From Candidatus Velthaea sp. (GTDB lineage Bacteria > Vulcanimicrobiota > Vulcanimicrobiia > Vulcanimicrobiales > Vulcanimicrobiaceae), in the NCBI GenBank assembly GCA_050012475.1, contig JBEKHC010000003.1, positions 32,001 to 96,000 of the forward strand: a stretch of 64,000 nt of DNA. The letters run 5' to 3'. The notes below the pieces were generated by a model. The model worked only from the letters and a program-made list of their open reading frames with translations, searched no databases and was not told the origin of the DNA. Positions 10,245 to 19,041 of this stretch are shown here, piece after piece; within the stretch, counting starts at the first letter, position 1, and each line of letters starts with the position of its first letter. A program made the translations under genes and the position numbers.

Positions 10245-11978
10245 CTAACGCGGGATGATGCCCGGGATGAGATACTGCTCCACCGCGACGAGGATGCTGA
10301 GCAAGACCGTCAGCACGATGCTATGGACGAACGTCCGCGCGAACACGACGCCTTCTTTGCCTTTCAAGTCCGTGACCGAGACGCCGGTGGTAATGTTCTG
10401 CGGCGAGATCATCTTGCCCATGACGCCGCCTGATGCATTGGTGGCCGCGAAGAGGATCGGATTGAGTTGGAGCTGATTGGCCGCGACGACTTGCAAGTTA
10501 CCGAAGAGCGCATTCGCAGACGTGTCGCTGCCCGACAAAAAGCCCGCCACCCAGCCGAGGCTAACGGAAGCCAACGGGAACAGCACCCCCAGCGACGCGA
10601 CGCCTTTTCCGAGCGTGTACGCCATGCCCGAGTAGTTCATCAGGTAAGCGAGACCGATGATGAGCGCGACGGTGATCACCGCGAGCCAAACCTGTTCCAA
10701 CGTCTGCTTCACACAGCGAACGAATCCGCGCGCATCGACGCCGACCACTGCCGCGGTGACGACCGCGGCGAAGAGAATCGCCGTACCCGTTGCCAGTGGC
10801 TGGAAATCCCACACCGCGGCATAGGGCTGGCCGTAAAGCGTGATAAACACGGCGTCGTTGAGGCCCGGCCAGGGGATCTTGAGGTCGCCGATGCTGAAGA
10901 TTTTGAGATACGTCCAGACGATGACGACGCCGGAAACGAGGAGCCACGGTATCCAGCCTTGCCACTCGGCAACGTGCGGACCACCGCCTTGAACAACGGC
11001 AACCTCCACGGCAGGGGCTTTCATGGCGGCGATCTTGAGGTTGGCGACTTCGGGGCCCGGAGCGCTCACTGCGACGACTCTGGGGACCGGAACTTTTGCT
11101 GCGGGGCGCGGCTCGCCGAGATTGGCGTCCAGATCCGTGCGCATCGCGAACTTCGGATCGGGCGCCGGATGCCAGCGTCGCAGAAAAAGAACGGTGACGA
11201 TCAAGGAAGTCAGCGATGACAACACGTCGGCCAGCCGGTAGTCCGCAAAGTTGGAAACCGCGAATTGCGTGACGGCCATGCTGCCGCCGGCGACGAGCAG
11301 CACGGGCCACAGTGCGGCGAGGGACCGTCGGCCACCGAGAATCGCGATGACGTAGAACGGCACGACGAGTGCGACGATCGGCAGTTGCCGGCCGATCATT
11401 GCGCCCAGCGTGGCGTCGGGAAGGTGGGTTACCGCCGCGAGAACGGTCACGGGCACGCCGAGCGCGCCGAATGCAACCGGAGCCGTGTCCAGGATCAGCG
11501 TATAGGTCAAGGCCTCGAGCGGCGACCAGCCCACGAGAATGAGCAGCGAACTGCAGATCGCGATCGGGGTCCCGAAGCCGGCGATGCCCTCGAGCAGAGC
11601 GCCGAAGCAGAAACCGATGACGATCAGCACGACGCGCTTGTCATTGGGCAGATTGTGAAAGATCCAATCGCGAAAGGCATTGAAACGGCCGGAGATGACC
11701 GCGATATTGTAGAGCAGCAGGGCGCTGAAGACGATCCACATGACGGGCCAAAGCGCGAAGGTGACACCGTTGGCTGCGCTGCTCAGTGCGAGCTTGAACG
11801 GAAACCGCCACAACCAGACCGCGATGACGAACGCCGATATCAGCCCGACCAGCGAAGCCTGCCAGGCCGGCCGCCGCAGAACGCCCAGCATGATCAGCAC
11901 CACCACGATCGGGAGCACGGCGACGGCGAAGGAAAGGGCTAAGTTCCCCGAGATCGGCGTTAGCAATTGGTGAAACAC
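10245..11978 (-). CDS. lctP: L-lactate/glycolate permease (LctP family)
   Basis: FGALLEGIAGFGTP, DTAPVAFGALGVP, LSGSDTSANALFG, GKMISPQNI. Confidence 0.92.
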   Translation of the reverse strand: MFHQLLTPISGNLALSFAVAVLPIVVVLIMLGVLRRPAWQASLVGLISAFVIAVWLWRFPFKLALSSAANGVTFALWPVMWIVFSALLLYNIAVISGRFNAFRDWIFHNLPNDKRVVLIVIGFCFGALLEGIAGFGTPIAICSSLLILVGWSPLEALTYTLILDTAPVAFGALGVPVTVLAAVTHLPDATLGAMIGRQLPIVALVVPFYVIAILGGRRSLAALWPVLLVAGGSMAVTQFAVSNFADYRLADVLSSLTSLIVTVLFLRRWHPAPDPKFAMRTDLDANLGEPRPAAKVPVPRVVAVSAPGPEVANLKIAAMKAPAVEVAVVQGGGPHVAEWQGWIPWLLVSGVVIVWTYLKIFSIGDLKIPWPGLNDAVFITLYGQPYAAVWDFQPLATGTAILFAAVVTAAVVGVDARGFVRCVKQTLEQVWLAVITVALIIGLAYLMNYSGMAYTLGKGVASLGVLFPLASVSLGWVAGFLSGSDTSANALFGNLQVVAANQLQLNPILFAATNASGGVMGKMISPQNITTGVSVTDLKGKEGVVFARTFVHSIVLTVLLSILVAVEQYLIPGIIPR

Positions 11979-12058
11979 GAGGGGATCCTCCGTCGCGACA
12001 GCGCGAACAGGAAGCGGCGACGCGCCTCAGGCCGCAAGTTGGGCGTCGAAAATGACAT

Positions 12059-15013
12059 TCACCGTCCGAGTGTTGGAGCGGCCTGACGATCGGGTCGCGC
12101 CGATGTCGTTTCATCCACGAGATAGACGATCGACTCGAACGGGAACGCGAGGTGATCGCTGAGCACGGTCTCGCAGGTTTTTCCAAATGAATACGCGCCG
12201 TCGAAGGAGCGTCCCGAGAGCTCCGTTTTCTCGTCACGCAACGCCGAGGCAGCCCCTTCCGGGTAGCGGAAGCCGCGGTCGCCGCCGGCGCCGCAACAGC
12301 CGGCGCTCGACGGGATCCAGCTTTCTCTCGCGCAGGCCCTGCCGATCGCGTCGATCTTGTCATCGACACCGAGTTGCCGACACGCGCAGGTGGGATGCAT
12401 GAGCACCGACCCCTTCGGCGTGGTAACGTTCAAGCGGGGAAGCACATCGTCGTGGAGCCACCCGGCCATGCCGCGAATCGTGAGCTTCGCGTATTTCGCC
12501 TGATTCGCGCTGGAAAGAAGCCGCGGGCGAGCGCCCCACATCTGCGTTTCCATCTCGACCAGCAGCGTCCGTGCGCACGAACTGACGTCGCACACGATCG
12601 GCAGTCGTCCGCCGTCGCTCCACGAATACATCGCCTCAATGACCCGATTCGCCATCACTTCCTGTGCCTCGGGAAATCCCTGATGGGCGAAGAGCTGCGA
12701 GCAACACAGACCGATCGAATCTTTGGGCAAATACATCGTGATGCCGGCGCGTTCGGCGATCCGCAGAACGGTCTGCATCACGCTGTCCTTGCCGCGTGTC
12801 GACGAGCCCATGATCCGCGTGATGCACGCGGGGAAGTAGACGATATCGGGATTCGCGGGTTTCGTCGATGGTCGCGCCGGTGCCCGGCCCAGATTCCCCG
12901 ACCACTGCGGGAACCCGGGCAGAACGCCGCCCAGAGCCGCCGTGACCCACGGCATCGTGCCGCTGCCGAAGGTCTTTTGCACGGCCGCGCCGCTGTCGAG
13001 TGTCAATCGGGCCGTTTCTTCGAGCAGGAAAAAGTTTGTCGCGGCGGCGGCCATCAGTTTTCGGGCGGCCTTGGGGATGGCTTCCGCTCGATCGTAGTCG
13101 GTGAGGTACGCCGTGCTGATGCCGACCGGGCAGACCGTCTGGCACATGCCGTCGGCGATACACGTTTCGCGCCCCTCGTGCGCATACTGACGCGAGAGCG
13201 TTTGCGCGCGGTCATGCTCGCCGGCTTCTTCGAGGGAAAGCCGAACGCGGTGCGCTTGGATCCGCCCGCGCGGCGTCAGCGTCGAGTAGCGCGTGGGGCA
13301 CACCCACTCACAGTAGCCGCATTCGATGCAGCGGTCGACGACCGGATCGCCGAGCAGCGGCATGCCCTTGATATGCTCGAGATGCACGTTCGGATCGTCG
13401 TTGATCATCACGCCCGGATTCATGAGGTTTGCGGGATCGATCAGCACCTTGAGCCGCTGCATGACGCCATAGGCTTGCGGCCCCCATTCCGTCTTGATGA
13501 ACGGAGCCATCGCACGACCCGTGCCGTGCTCGGCCTTGAGCGAACCGTCAAAGGTGAGCACGAGCTCGACGACGTCGTTCATGAAGCGGCCGAAATGCGC
13601 GACGCGTGCGCCGTCCCCCATGTCGTCGGTAACCAAGAAGTGGATGTTGCCGACGCTGGCATGGCCGAAGATCGACCCCTCGTAGGCATACTTCTCGAAG
13701 AGTCGTTGCAGACCGAGGATCAGTTTGTCCAGGCTTTCGACCGCGACCGCGACGTCTTCCAAAATAACGGTCGTGCCCGGTTTGCGCGCTCCGCCGACGC
13801 TGGCGAAGATGCCGTCGCGCACCGTCCAAAGCAGCGCGCGTTCCTTCATCGATGTACTGAACGGCAGTTGGGCAAGCAGCCGCAGCAGCGCAATGGTCCG
13901 TGCGGCTTCGGCCTGCGCGGCCGCGAGCGCGGCGACGTCCGCTCCATGGTAGTCGATGAGCAGCGCCGCAGCTCCATCCGGCAACGAACCCACGATCCCG
14001 GGTACGCCGGGGCGGCCGATCACCGAACGCAAAGACGCGATGTCCATCAGCTCGATCGCCGCGGCGCCGCTTTTCACCAGCGCCGGCACAGCGGCCGCCG
14101 CATCGGCCACGTTGTGAAAGAAGAGCAGCGAGCTGGATTGCTGGACGTCGATCGGCACCGTGAAGAGCACGGCCGACGCGATATACGCTAACGTTCCTTC
14201 CGAACCGATCAACAGGTGCGCCAAGATGTCGATCGGTTCGTCGTGGTCGAGAAACGAGTTGATGGCGTAGCCCGAGACATTCTTGATTTCGTATTTGCGC
14301 GCGATACGCGCGCAAAGCGCGCCATCGGCACGCACCTCATCGCGTAGTGCTGCCAGCCCCCGGTAGATATCCGGGTCGCAGGCCGCGAAGCGCGCACGAT
14401 CCTCCGGCTTCGCAGTATCGTAGCGGTTGCCGTTCGGCAGCACGAAATCGATCGAGGCCAGCGTATTATAGGCGTTGAACTTCGTCCCGGCTTGCATCCC
14501 GCTCGAGTTGTTGGCGAGCACGCCGCCCATCATCGCGACCTGGCTCGAAGCCGGATCGGGGCCGATTTTCTTTCCCGCGGGCTTGAGCATCGCATTGAGG
14601 TGGAGCACGGTCAACCCCGGTTCAAACCACACTTTGCTCGCGTCATCGCGCAACTCGCTCGCCCGAAAGGCAAACCGCTGATCCGCAATGATCCCCGTCC
14701 CCACCGTCTGACCCGAGAGCGAACTGCCGCCGGCCCGTAACGTGATCGGCACGTTCTGCGCTCTGCCGATTCGCAGCAAGCTTTGCACGTCTGCCGCCGA
14801 CGCGACGCGCACCACTGCTTGCGGAAGATATTCAAAGTACGATCCATCACGGCCGTACACGGCGCGATAGATCTCATCGAACTTGAGCGCTTCGGCGGGA
14901 AACGCAGCCTCTAATGCCGCCCGTAATTCGACCTTGACCACGGACTCGGACAACGTCTCGCGCAGCGTCGAACCTTCGAAGGCGATTGGCGCAACAGCCA
15001 TGGTGTTCCTCAT
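12059..15013 (-). CDS. FAD-binding and Fe-S-binding oxidoreductase (D-lactate dehydrogenase Dld-II type)
   Basis: RAGGSSLSGQ, GSEGTL, GSLKAEHGTGR, CIECGYCEWVCP, CIADGMCQTVCP, CCG domains; adjacent to lactate permease. Confidence 0.88.
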   Translation of the reverse strand: MRNTMAVAPIAFEGSTLRETLSESVVKVELRAALEAAFPAEALKFDEIYRAVYGRDGSYFEYLPQAVVRVASAADVQSLLRIGRAQNVPITLRAGGSSLSGQTVGTGIIADQRFAFRASELRDDASKVWFEPGLTVLHLNAMLKPAGKKIGPDPASSQVAMMGGVLANNSSGMQAGTKFNAYNTLASIDFVLPNGNRYDTAKPEDRARFAACDPDIYRGLAALRDEVRADGALCARIARKYEIKNVSGYAINSFLDHDEPIDILAHLLIGSEGTLAYIASAVLFTVPIDVQQSSSLLFFHNVADAAAAVPALVKSGAAAIELMDIASLRSVIGRPGVPGIVGSLPDGAAALLIDYHGADVAALAAAQAEAARTIALLRLLAQLPFSTSMKERALLWTVRDGIFASVGGARKPGTTVILEDVAVAVESLDKLILGLQRLFEKYAYEGSIFGHASVGNIHFLVTDDMGDGARVAHFGRFMNDVVELVLTFDGSLKAEHGTGRAMAPFIKTEWGPQAYGVMQRLKVLIDPANLMNPGVMINDDPNVHLEHIKGMPLLGDPVVDRCIECGYCEWVCPTRYSTLTPRGRIQAHRVRLSLEEAGEHDRAQTLSRQYAHEGRETCIADGMCQTVCPVGISTAYLTDYDRAEAIPKAARKLMAAAATNFFLLEETARLTLDSGAAVQKTFGSGTMPWVTAALGGVLPGFPQWSGNLGRAPARPSTKPANPDIVYFPACITRIMGSSTRGKDSVMQTVLRIAERAGITMYLPKDSIGLCCSQLFAHQGFPEAQEVMANRVIEAMYSWSDGGRLPIVCDVSSCARTLLVEMETQMWGARPRLLSSANQAKYAKLTIRGMAGWLHDDVLPRLNVTTPKGSVLMHPTCACRQLGVDDKIDAIGRACARESWIPSSAGCCGAGGDRGFRYPEGAASALRDEKTELSGRSFDGAYSFGKTCETVLSDHLAFPFESIVYLVDETTSARPDRQAAPTLGR

Positions 15014-15243
15014 TATTGCTGCGAGTGTTCTTCGTCCCAGAAACTAGGGCTATCGAAAAAGAGGGCAGTTATTCGTCCTTCGCGGTCTTCCGCAAGGAAC
15101 GTCTGACGCAGGACACCGCAGTCGCCACGTTTCGAGCGTGCGCACCCGGCCCAGCCTGCACGCGACAAACCCGCGCATCCCTTTGCGAAGCGATCGTGTT
15201 CGCGCGTCCTTCCCAAAAAGCGGCGCGATTGAACTCATCGCCC

Positions 15244-15290
15244 AACATACACGCTTGGGAGCGGACCAGCCATAGCGAAACGGGGGATAG
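15244..15290 (-). promoter_or_regulatory. Island promoter copy 2 (variant): CTATCCCCCGTTTCGCT-N24-TATGTT
   Basis: Box 15274-15290, -10 at 15244-15249; points into the dehydrogenase-lctP-kup operon; near-inverted twin of copy 3. Confidence 0.6.
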
Positions 15291-15379
15291 CCAAAACGCG
15301 GAAGCAGCGCTTCGTTGGCGACGCCGCCCAGTCGCCCGCAAGACTGCAAGGTGGAGCGCGAGGGACGGAACCGAACGAA

Positions 15380-15426
15380 GTATCCCTCTTTTCACTATGG
15401 CTGCTGCCGACCCAGGCTAGTATGGT
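15380..15426 (+). promoter_or_regulatory. Island promoter copy 3 (variant): GTATCCCTCTTTTCACT-N24-TATGGT
   Basis: Box 15380-15396, -10 at 15421-15426; upstream of the ORF at 15474. Confidence 0.6.
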
Positions 15427-15473
15427 AGCCAGAGAACAGCGTGGCGTTCAGCCGGGAGGGACGAAGTTCGGAA

Positions 15474-15860
15474 ATGAAGCGCGTAAAGGTCCATACACGC
15501 CTGGAGATCGAGCGCGCGCTTCGGGAGCGTATGGTCCCGTGTACGGACAACCGTGAGGCCCTCGTTGAACTCGGGTTCATGCCGGCGTATCCGCACCTCG
15601 CGCACGATGTCTACTACGGCACTCTTTGGACGCGCGCAGTCGATGCGAACAACGATCCGGCCGTCCCGCCGCGCCCGAATGCGAAAATGCTCGTCGTGGA
15701 GCGAGCCGTTCACATTGCTGCAAAGCGCCGCACCCACCGCATCCGCTTACGACGCGCCGGACGTTGCCTGGCCGTCACGACGCGCAACCGCGCCTATTGC
15801 CCCTTACCTGCACGCCGCCTTGTCGGCCTCGTCGTTCGTGAGCGTGACCCCGGGCCGTGA
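15474..15860 (+). CDS. Hypothetical protein; C-terminal frame uncertain
   Basis: ATG after GGAGGG; directly downstream of promoter copy 3; N-terminal ~85 aa look protein-like, the Arg-rich tail may be out of frame. Confidence 0.45.
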   Translation: MKRVKVHTRLEIERALRERMVPCTDNREALVELGFMPAYPHLAHDVYYGTLWTRAVDANNDPAVPPRPNAKMLVVERAVHIAAKRRTHRIRLRRAGRCLAVTTRNRAYCPLPARRLVGLVVRERDPGP

Positions 15861-15870
15861 CGACGGCCTT

Positions 15871-16869
15871 TTAGGGTTCGAGCGCGAGGATGTGAATGCG
15901 GCCGAACGCGTCGCCCACGACGATCATCCGGTCATTCGCAAGGGTGCAGCACTGCGCGGACGCGGCGCAAAAGAATGTCGCGATCGTTGCGCCGCTCGCG
16001 AGTTCCCAGACTTTGACGGTTTGGTCCGCGGATGCGGAGACCACGCGCCGCCCGTCGGAGGTGAGCGCGACCGAAGAAACCGCGGCGGAGTGACCTTCGA
16101 GCGTCCGCAGCGCGCGGCCGCTTTCGAGGTCCCAGACCTTAACGGTCTGATCGGCGGAAGCGGAGACGGCGTGCCGTCCCTCCGGTGTAACCACGACGGC
16201 GTTGACGAGGCCCAGATGTCCGCGCAGCGTGCGCAGCTCGCGACCGCTTTCGAGTTCCCACACCTTGAGCGTCTCGTCATAGGAAGCGGAAACGGCACGC
16301 CAGCCGTCCGGCGTAACCGCGACGGCCCAGACCGACCGGGTGTGACCGCGAAGGGTCTGCACGATACGGCCGCTGTCGAGTTCCCACACCTTGAGCGTTT
16401 CGTCGGCCGAGGCCGAGATGGCGCGCCGGCCGTCAGGCGTGACGGCTACCGCCTTGACGACGTCGGCGTGGCCCGCAAACGTTCGCGTCTCCAGGCCGCT
16501 GTCGAGCTCCCATGCTTTGAGCGTGTAGTCCCACGATGCCGACACCGCGCTCTTTCCGTTCGGCGTTAGCGCGACGGCATCGACGGGGCGAGCATGTCCT
16601 TGGAGGGTCCGCAATTCCTGACCGCTTTCGATATCCCACAACTTGAGCGTGTGATCCCAAGAGGCGGAAACGGCGCGGCGGCCATCCGGCGTTACCGCCA
16701 CGGCATCAACCCGGCCGGCGTGACCTTGAAGAACTCGCGATCCGCGAGCATCGGCGGCGCGTCGATCGTCAGGGCCTGCATAAAACTCCGCCCCGTAGCC
16801 CGCCAGCGCCCGAAGCAAAGGAACGTTCCCCGGAATCCCCGGTGCAGCCCCGATCTCACTCATTTCCAT
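15871..16869 (-). CDS. Stand-alone WD40-repeat (beta-propeller) protein
   Basis: Six highly similar 42-aa repeats GH...AVAVTPDGRRAVSASxDxTLKVW plus a degenerate last blade; AAGGAG RBS. Confidence 0.92.
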   Translation of the reverse strand: MEMSEIGAAPGIPGNVPLLRALAGYGAEFYAGPDDRRAADARGSRVLQGHAGRVDAVAVTPDGRRAVSASWDHTLKLWDIESGQELRTLQGHARPVDAVALTPNGKSAVSASWDYTLKAWELDSGLETRTFAGHADVVKAVAVTPDGRRAISASADETLKVWELDSGRIVQTLRGHTRSVWAVAVTPDGWRAVSASYDETLKVWELESGRELRTLRGHLGLVNAVVVTPEGRHAVSASADQTVKVWDLESGRALRTLEGHSAAVSSVALTSDGRRVVSASADQTVKVWELASGATIATFFCAASAQCCTLANDRMIVVGDAFGRIHILALEP

Positions 16870-17240
16870 CGCTTCTCCTTTTTGCTGTGCGATAAACGCA
16901 ACGGCGCTGCTACGACACCTTCGCTAACATCAATGCGATCGGGGCTGCTCCGATTTAGCCCTGGACGTCGTCGCTACGCGGCTCATTTGCTGAAGCAAAC
17001 TTCGCCGCTGTGCTCCTCGCCAGGACGACTACTGTTCATGCGGCATTGTATGACAACGACAAATATATCACGATTGTACTCCAAACGTTATCCGCGCGCA
17101 GTTACTTTGATCCATCTCGGCGCGCCGGCAATCCGACGCGAGCACGAGCCGTTCTTTGGTCTACGCACGTTTCATCGTTGCGCCGCAGCGCGCGATAAGC
17201 ACACCGCTCAGAGCCCGTACCGCGATAAACCAGCTCGTAC

Positions 17241-17287
17241 ATTCCATGTTTTTCACGGTACCGCAGATGGCAAGCGTGCGCTAGAAT
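17241..17287 (+). promoter_or_regulatory. Island promoter copy 4: ATTCCATGTTTTTCACG-N24-TAGAAT
   Basis: Box 17241-17257, -10 at 17282-17287; upstream of the small hydrophilic protein at 17437. Confidence 0.75.
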
Positions 17288-17436
17288 AGGTATGCTCCGC
17301 TCAATCTCTCGGCTCGACCGATTCTTTGAAAGCGGACTTCGCTGACTCGTCGACTTCCAGCCCGCAATGGGCTCATTTCGAGCTATCAGCAGTGCCTATC
17401 GCGAAATTCACCGCGACCAACAAACAAAGGACATTC

Positions 17437-17679
17437 ATGGAAACAAAAAGCGAACTCACGAAAGTCATCGACAAGGTCACCGAGACCGCCGACAACGTCA
17501 AAGGCGCGGCGACCGAATTCGTTCATCGGGCAGCCGCGGAGGCCGAGCAGGAAAAGCGCATTCTGGCCGGAGACACCATGACGACCGATGCAAAGGCAAG
17601 CTCGATGCTCAACGAAGCAAAACAGACGGCGCAAGGCGACGTCGAAGCGATGAAGCGCACCGAGCGCAACAAGGCGTAA
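17437..17679 (+). CDS. Small hydrophilic helical protein (80 aa), LEA/general-stress-like
   Basis: AAGGA RBS; rich in A/E/K/T, no Cys or Trp; followed by a hairpin. Confidence 0.7.
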   Translation: METKSELTKVIDKVTETADNVKGAATEFVHRAAAEAEQEKRILAGDTMTTDAKASSMLNEAKQTAQGDVEAMKRTERNKA

Positions 17680-17685
17680 CTTTCC

Positions 17686-17725
17686 AGCAGTCGCAGAGGG
17701 CGCTCGAACGCTCTCTGCAACTGCT
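17686..17725. terminator. Long hairpin between convergent genes
   Basis: AGCAGTCGCAGAGGGCG-loop-CGCTCTCTGCAACTGCT imperfect inverted repeat. Confidence 0.55.
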
Positions 17726-17792
17726 CCGGCTTGGATTGACGACGGTTCACTCAGAAGTAGTTCCGGCGCGGTTCGAGATTTCGGCCGCATCG

Positions 17793-19037
17793 TTAGGCCC
17801 CGGATGACGCGGCCGAAGCTGCGGGCACGCCGTCGCCTTCCTCGTCGGACGACGCGAAGATCGTCGCAAACGTGTGGCGTGCAACCATCAGGTTCTCGTT
17901 CGCGGCGATCACGCGCACGACGACGTGCGCGCTGTCATCCGAGATGATCCCCTCGCCGGCGGCGTTGCGGATCGAATCGAGATCGATCCCGAGATTGCTC
18001 AGGTTCGCGCAGATCTCGCTCCGAATCGCGGCCGAGCCTTCACCGATCCCACCGGTGAAGACAAGGGTGTCGAGCCCGCCCAACACGGCGACGAGTGCGC
18101 CGACATGCTTCTTGGCCTGGTAGACGAAAAGTTCGACGGCTTCCGCTGCGGCGACGTCGGTCGCGCGCCGCGCCAAGAGCGTCCGCATATCCGCGCTAAT
18201 TTGCGAAACGCCGAGCAGACCGCTGTGCTCGGTCAGCACGGTGTCCAGTTCTGCGGGCGTGTAGCGTCCGGCGCGCAAGAGGTACAACAGCGCACCCGGA
18301 TCGAGATCGCCCGGTCGCGTCCCCATCATGAGCCCGCCCAGCGGGCTGAAGCCCATCGTGGTATCCACCGGCTTCCCGTTGCGCATCGCAGCCAGGCTGG
18401 CGCCGCTGCCGAGGTGCGCAACGATCATCAAACCACGCGTGCCTGCATTCCCGAGTTCGCGGACGATCGACTCGTACGACAGACCGTGGAAGCCATACCG
18501 GCGCACGCCTTCCGAGCGCAGCTCGCGCGGCAGCGGCAGACGCTGCGCTACCATCGGCATGCGATGATGGAAGGCCGTGTCGAAGCACACCACCTGCGGC
18601 GTTCCCGGTAGCGCGGTTTCGATCTCGCTGATCGCAGCGAGGGCCGCGGCCAAATGGAGCGGATCGAACGGTACGAGCGAGGCAAGACTCGTCATCAGCT
18701 CGGCGGTGACAGCCGCCGGCTCCGTATGCTGCGGTCCGCCGTACACCACGCGGTGGCCAACCCCGTCGATGGAAATACCAAGCTCGGACAGCAGCCCGAA
18801 CAGCGCAGCAATCGGCGTCGCCGCGCCCAACGGGCGCCGCGACTCGCGTGGTTGAGGACCGCGCCGGTCACGAATGCGTAACTCGGCCCCGGGCCCTCCG
18901 ATGCGCTCGATACCGCCTTCAACCACGAGCTGCTCGCACGACGCTCCCAAGTCATACACTGCGACCTTGAGTGTTGCCGAGCCGCAGTCGACGCCCAAGA
19001 TGCGGCGCCGATCTGTTTGCGCGCTTGTTCCGGTCAT
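17793..19037 (-). CDS. ackA: Acetate/propionate kinase
   Basis: GHRVV, FDTAFH, RRYGFHGLSY, HLGSGASL, TMGFSPLGGLMMGTRPG, FTGGIGE. Confidence 0.92.
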   Translation of the reverse strand: MTGTSAQTDRRRILGVDCGSATLKVAVYDLGASCEQLVVEGGIERIGGPGAELRIRDRRGPQPRESRRPLGAATPIAALFGLLSELGISIDGVGHRVVYGGPQHTEPAAVTAELMTSLASLVPFDPLHLAAALAAISEIETALPGTPQVVCFDTAFHHRMPMVAQRLPLPRELRSEGVRRYGFHGLSYESIVRELGNAGTRGLMIVAHLGSGASLAAMRNGKPVDTTMGFSPLGGLMMGTRPGDLDPGALLYLLRAGRYTPAELDTVLTEHSGLLGVSQISADMRTLLARRATDVAAAEAVELFVYQAKKHVGALVAVLGGLDTLVFTGGIGEGSAAIRSEICANLSNLGIDLDSIRNAAGEGIISDDSAHVVVRVIAANENLMVARHTFATIFASSDEEGDGVPAASAASSGA

Positions 19038-19041
19038 GCCG

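Noticed and set aside
15871..16869. WD40 repeats as a diversity-generating retroelement target
   Set aside because: No reverse transcriptase or non-coding template repeat in the window; repeats are in-frame protein repeats
17055..17110. ATATCACGAT as a further island box
   Set aside because: Lacks the upstream TCC, and the nearest -10-like hexamer (TACTTT) is 30 nt away rather than 24
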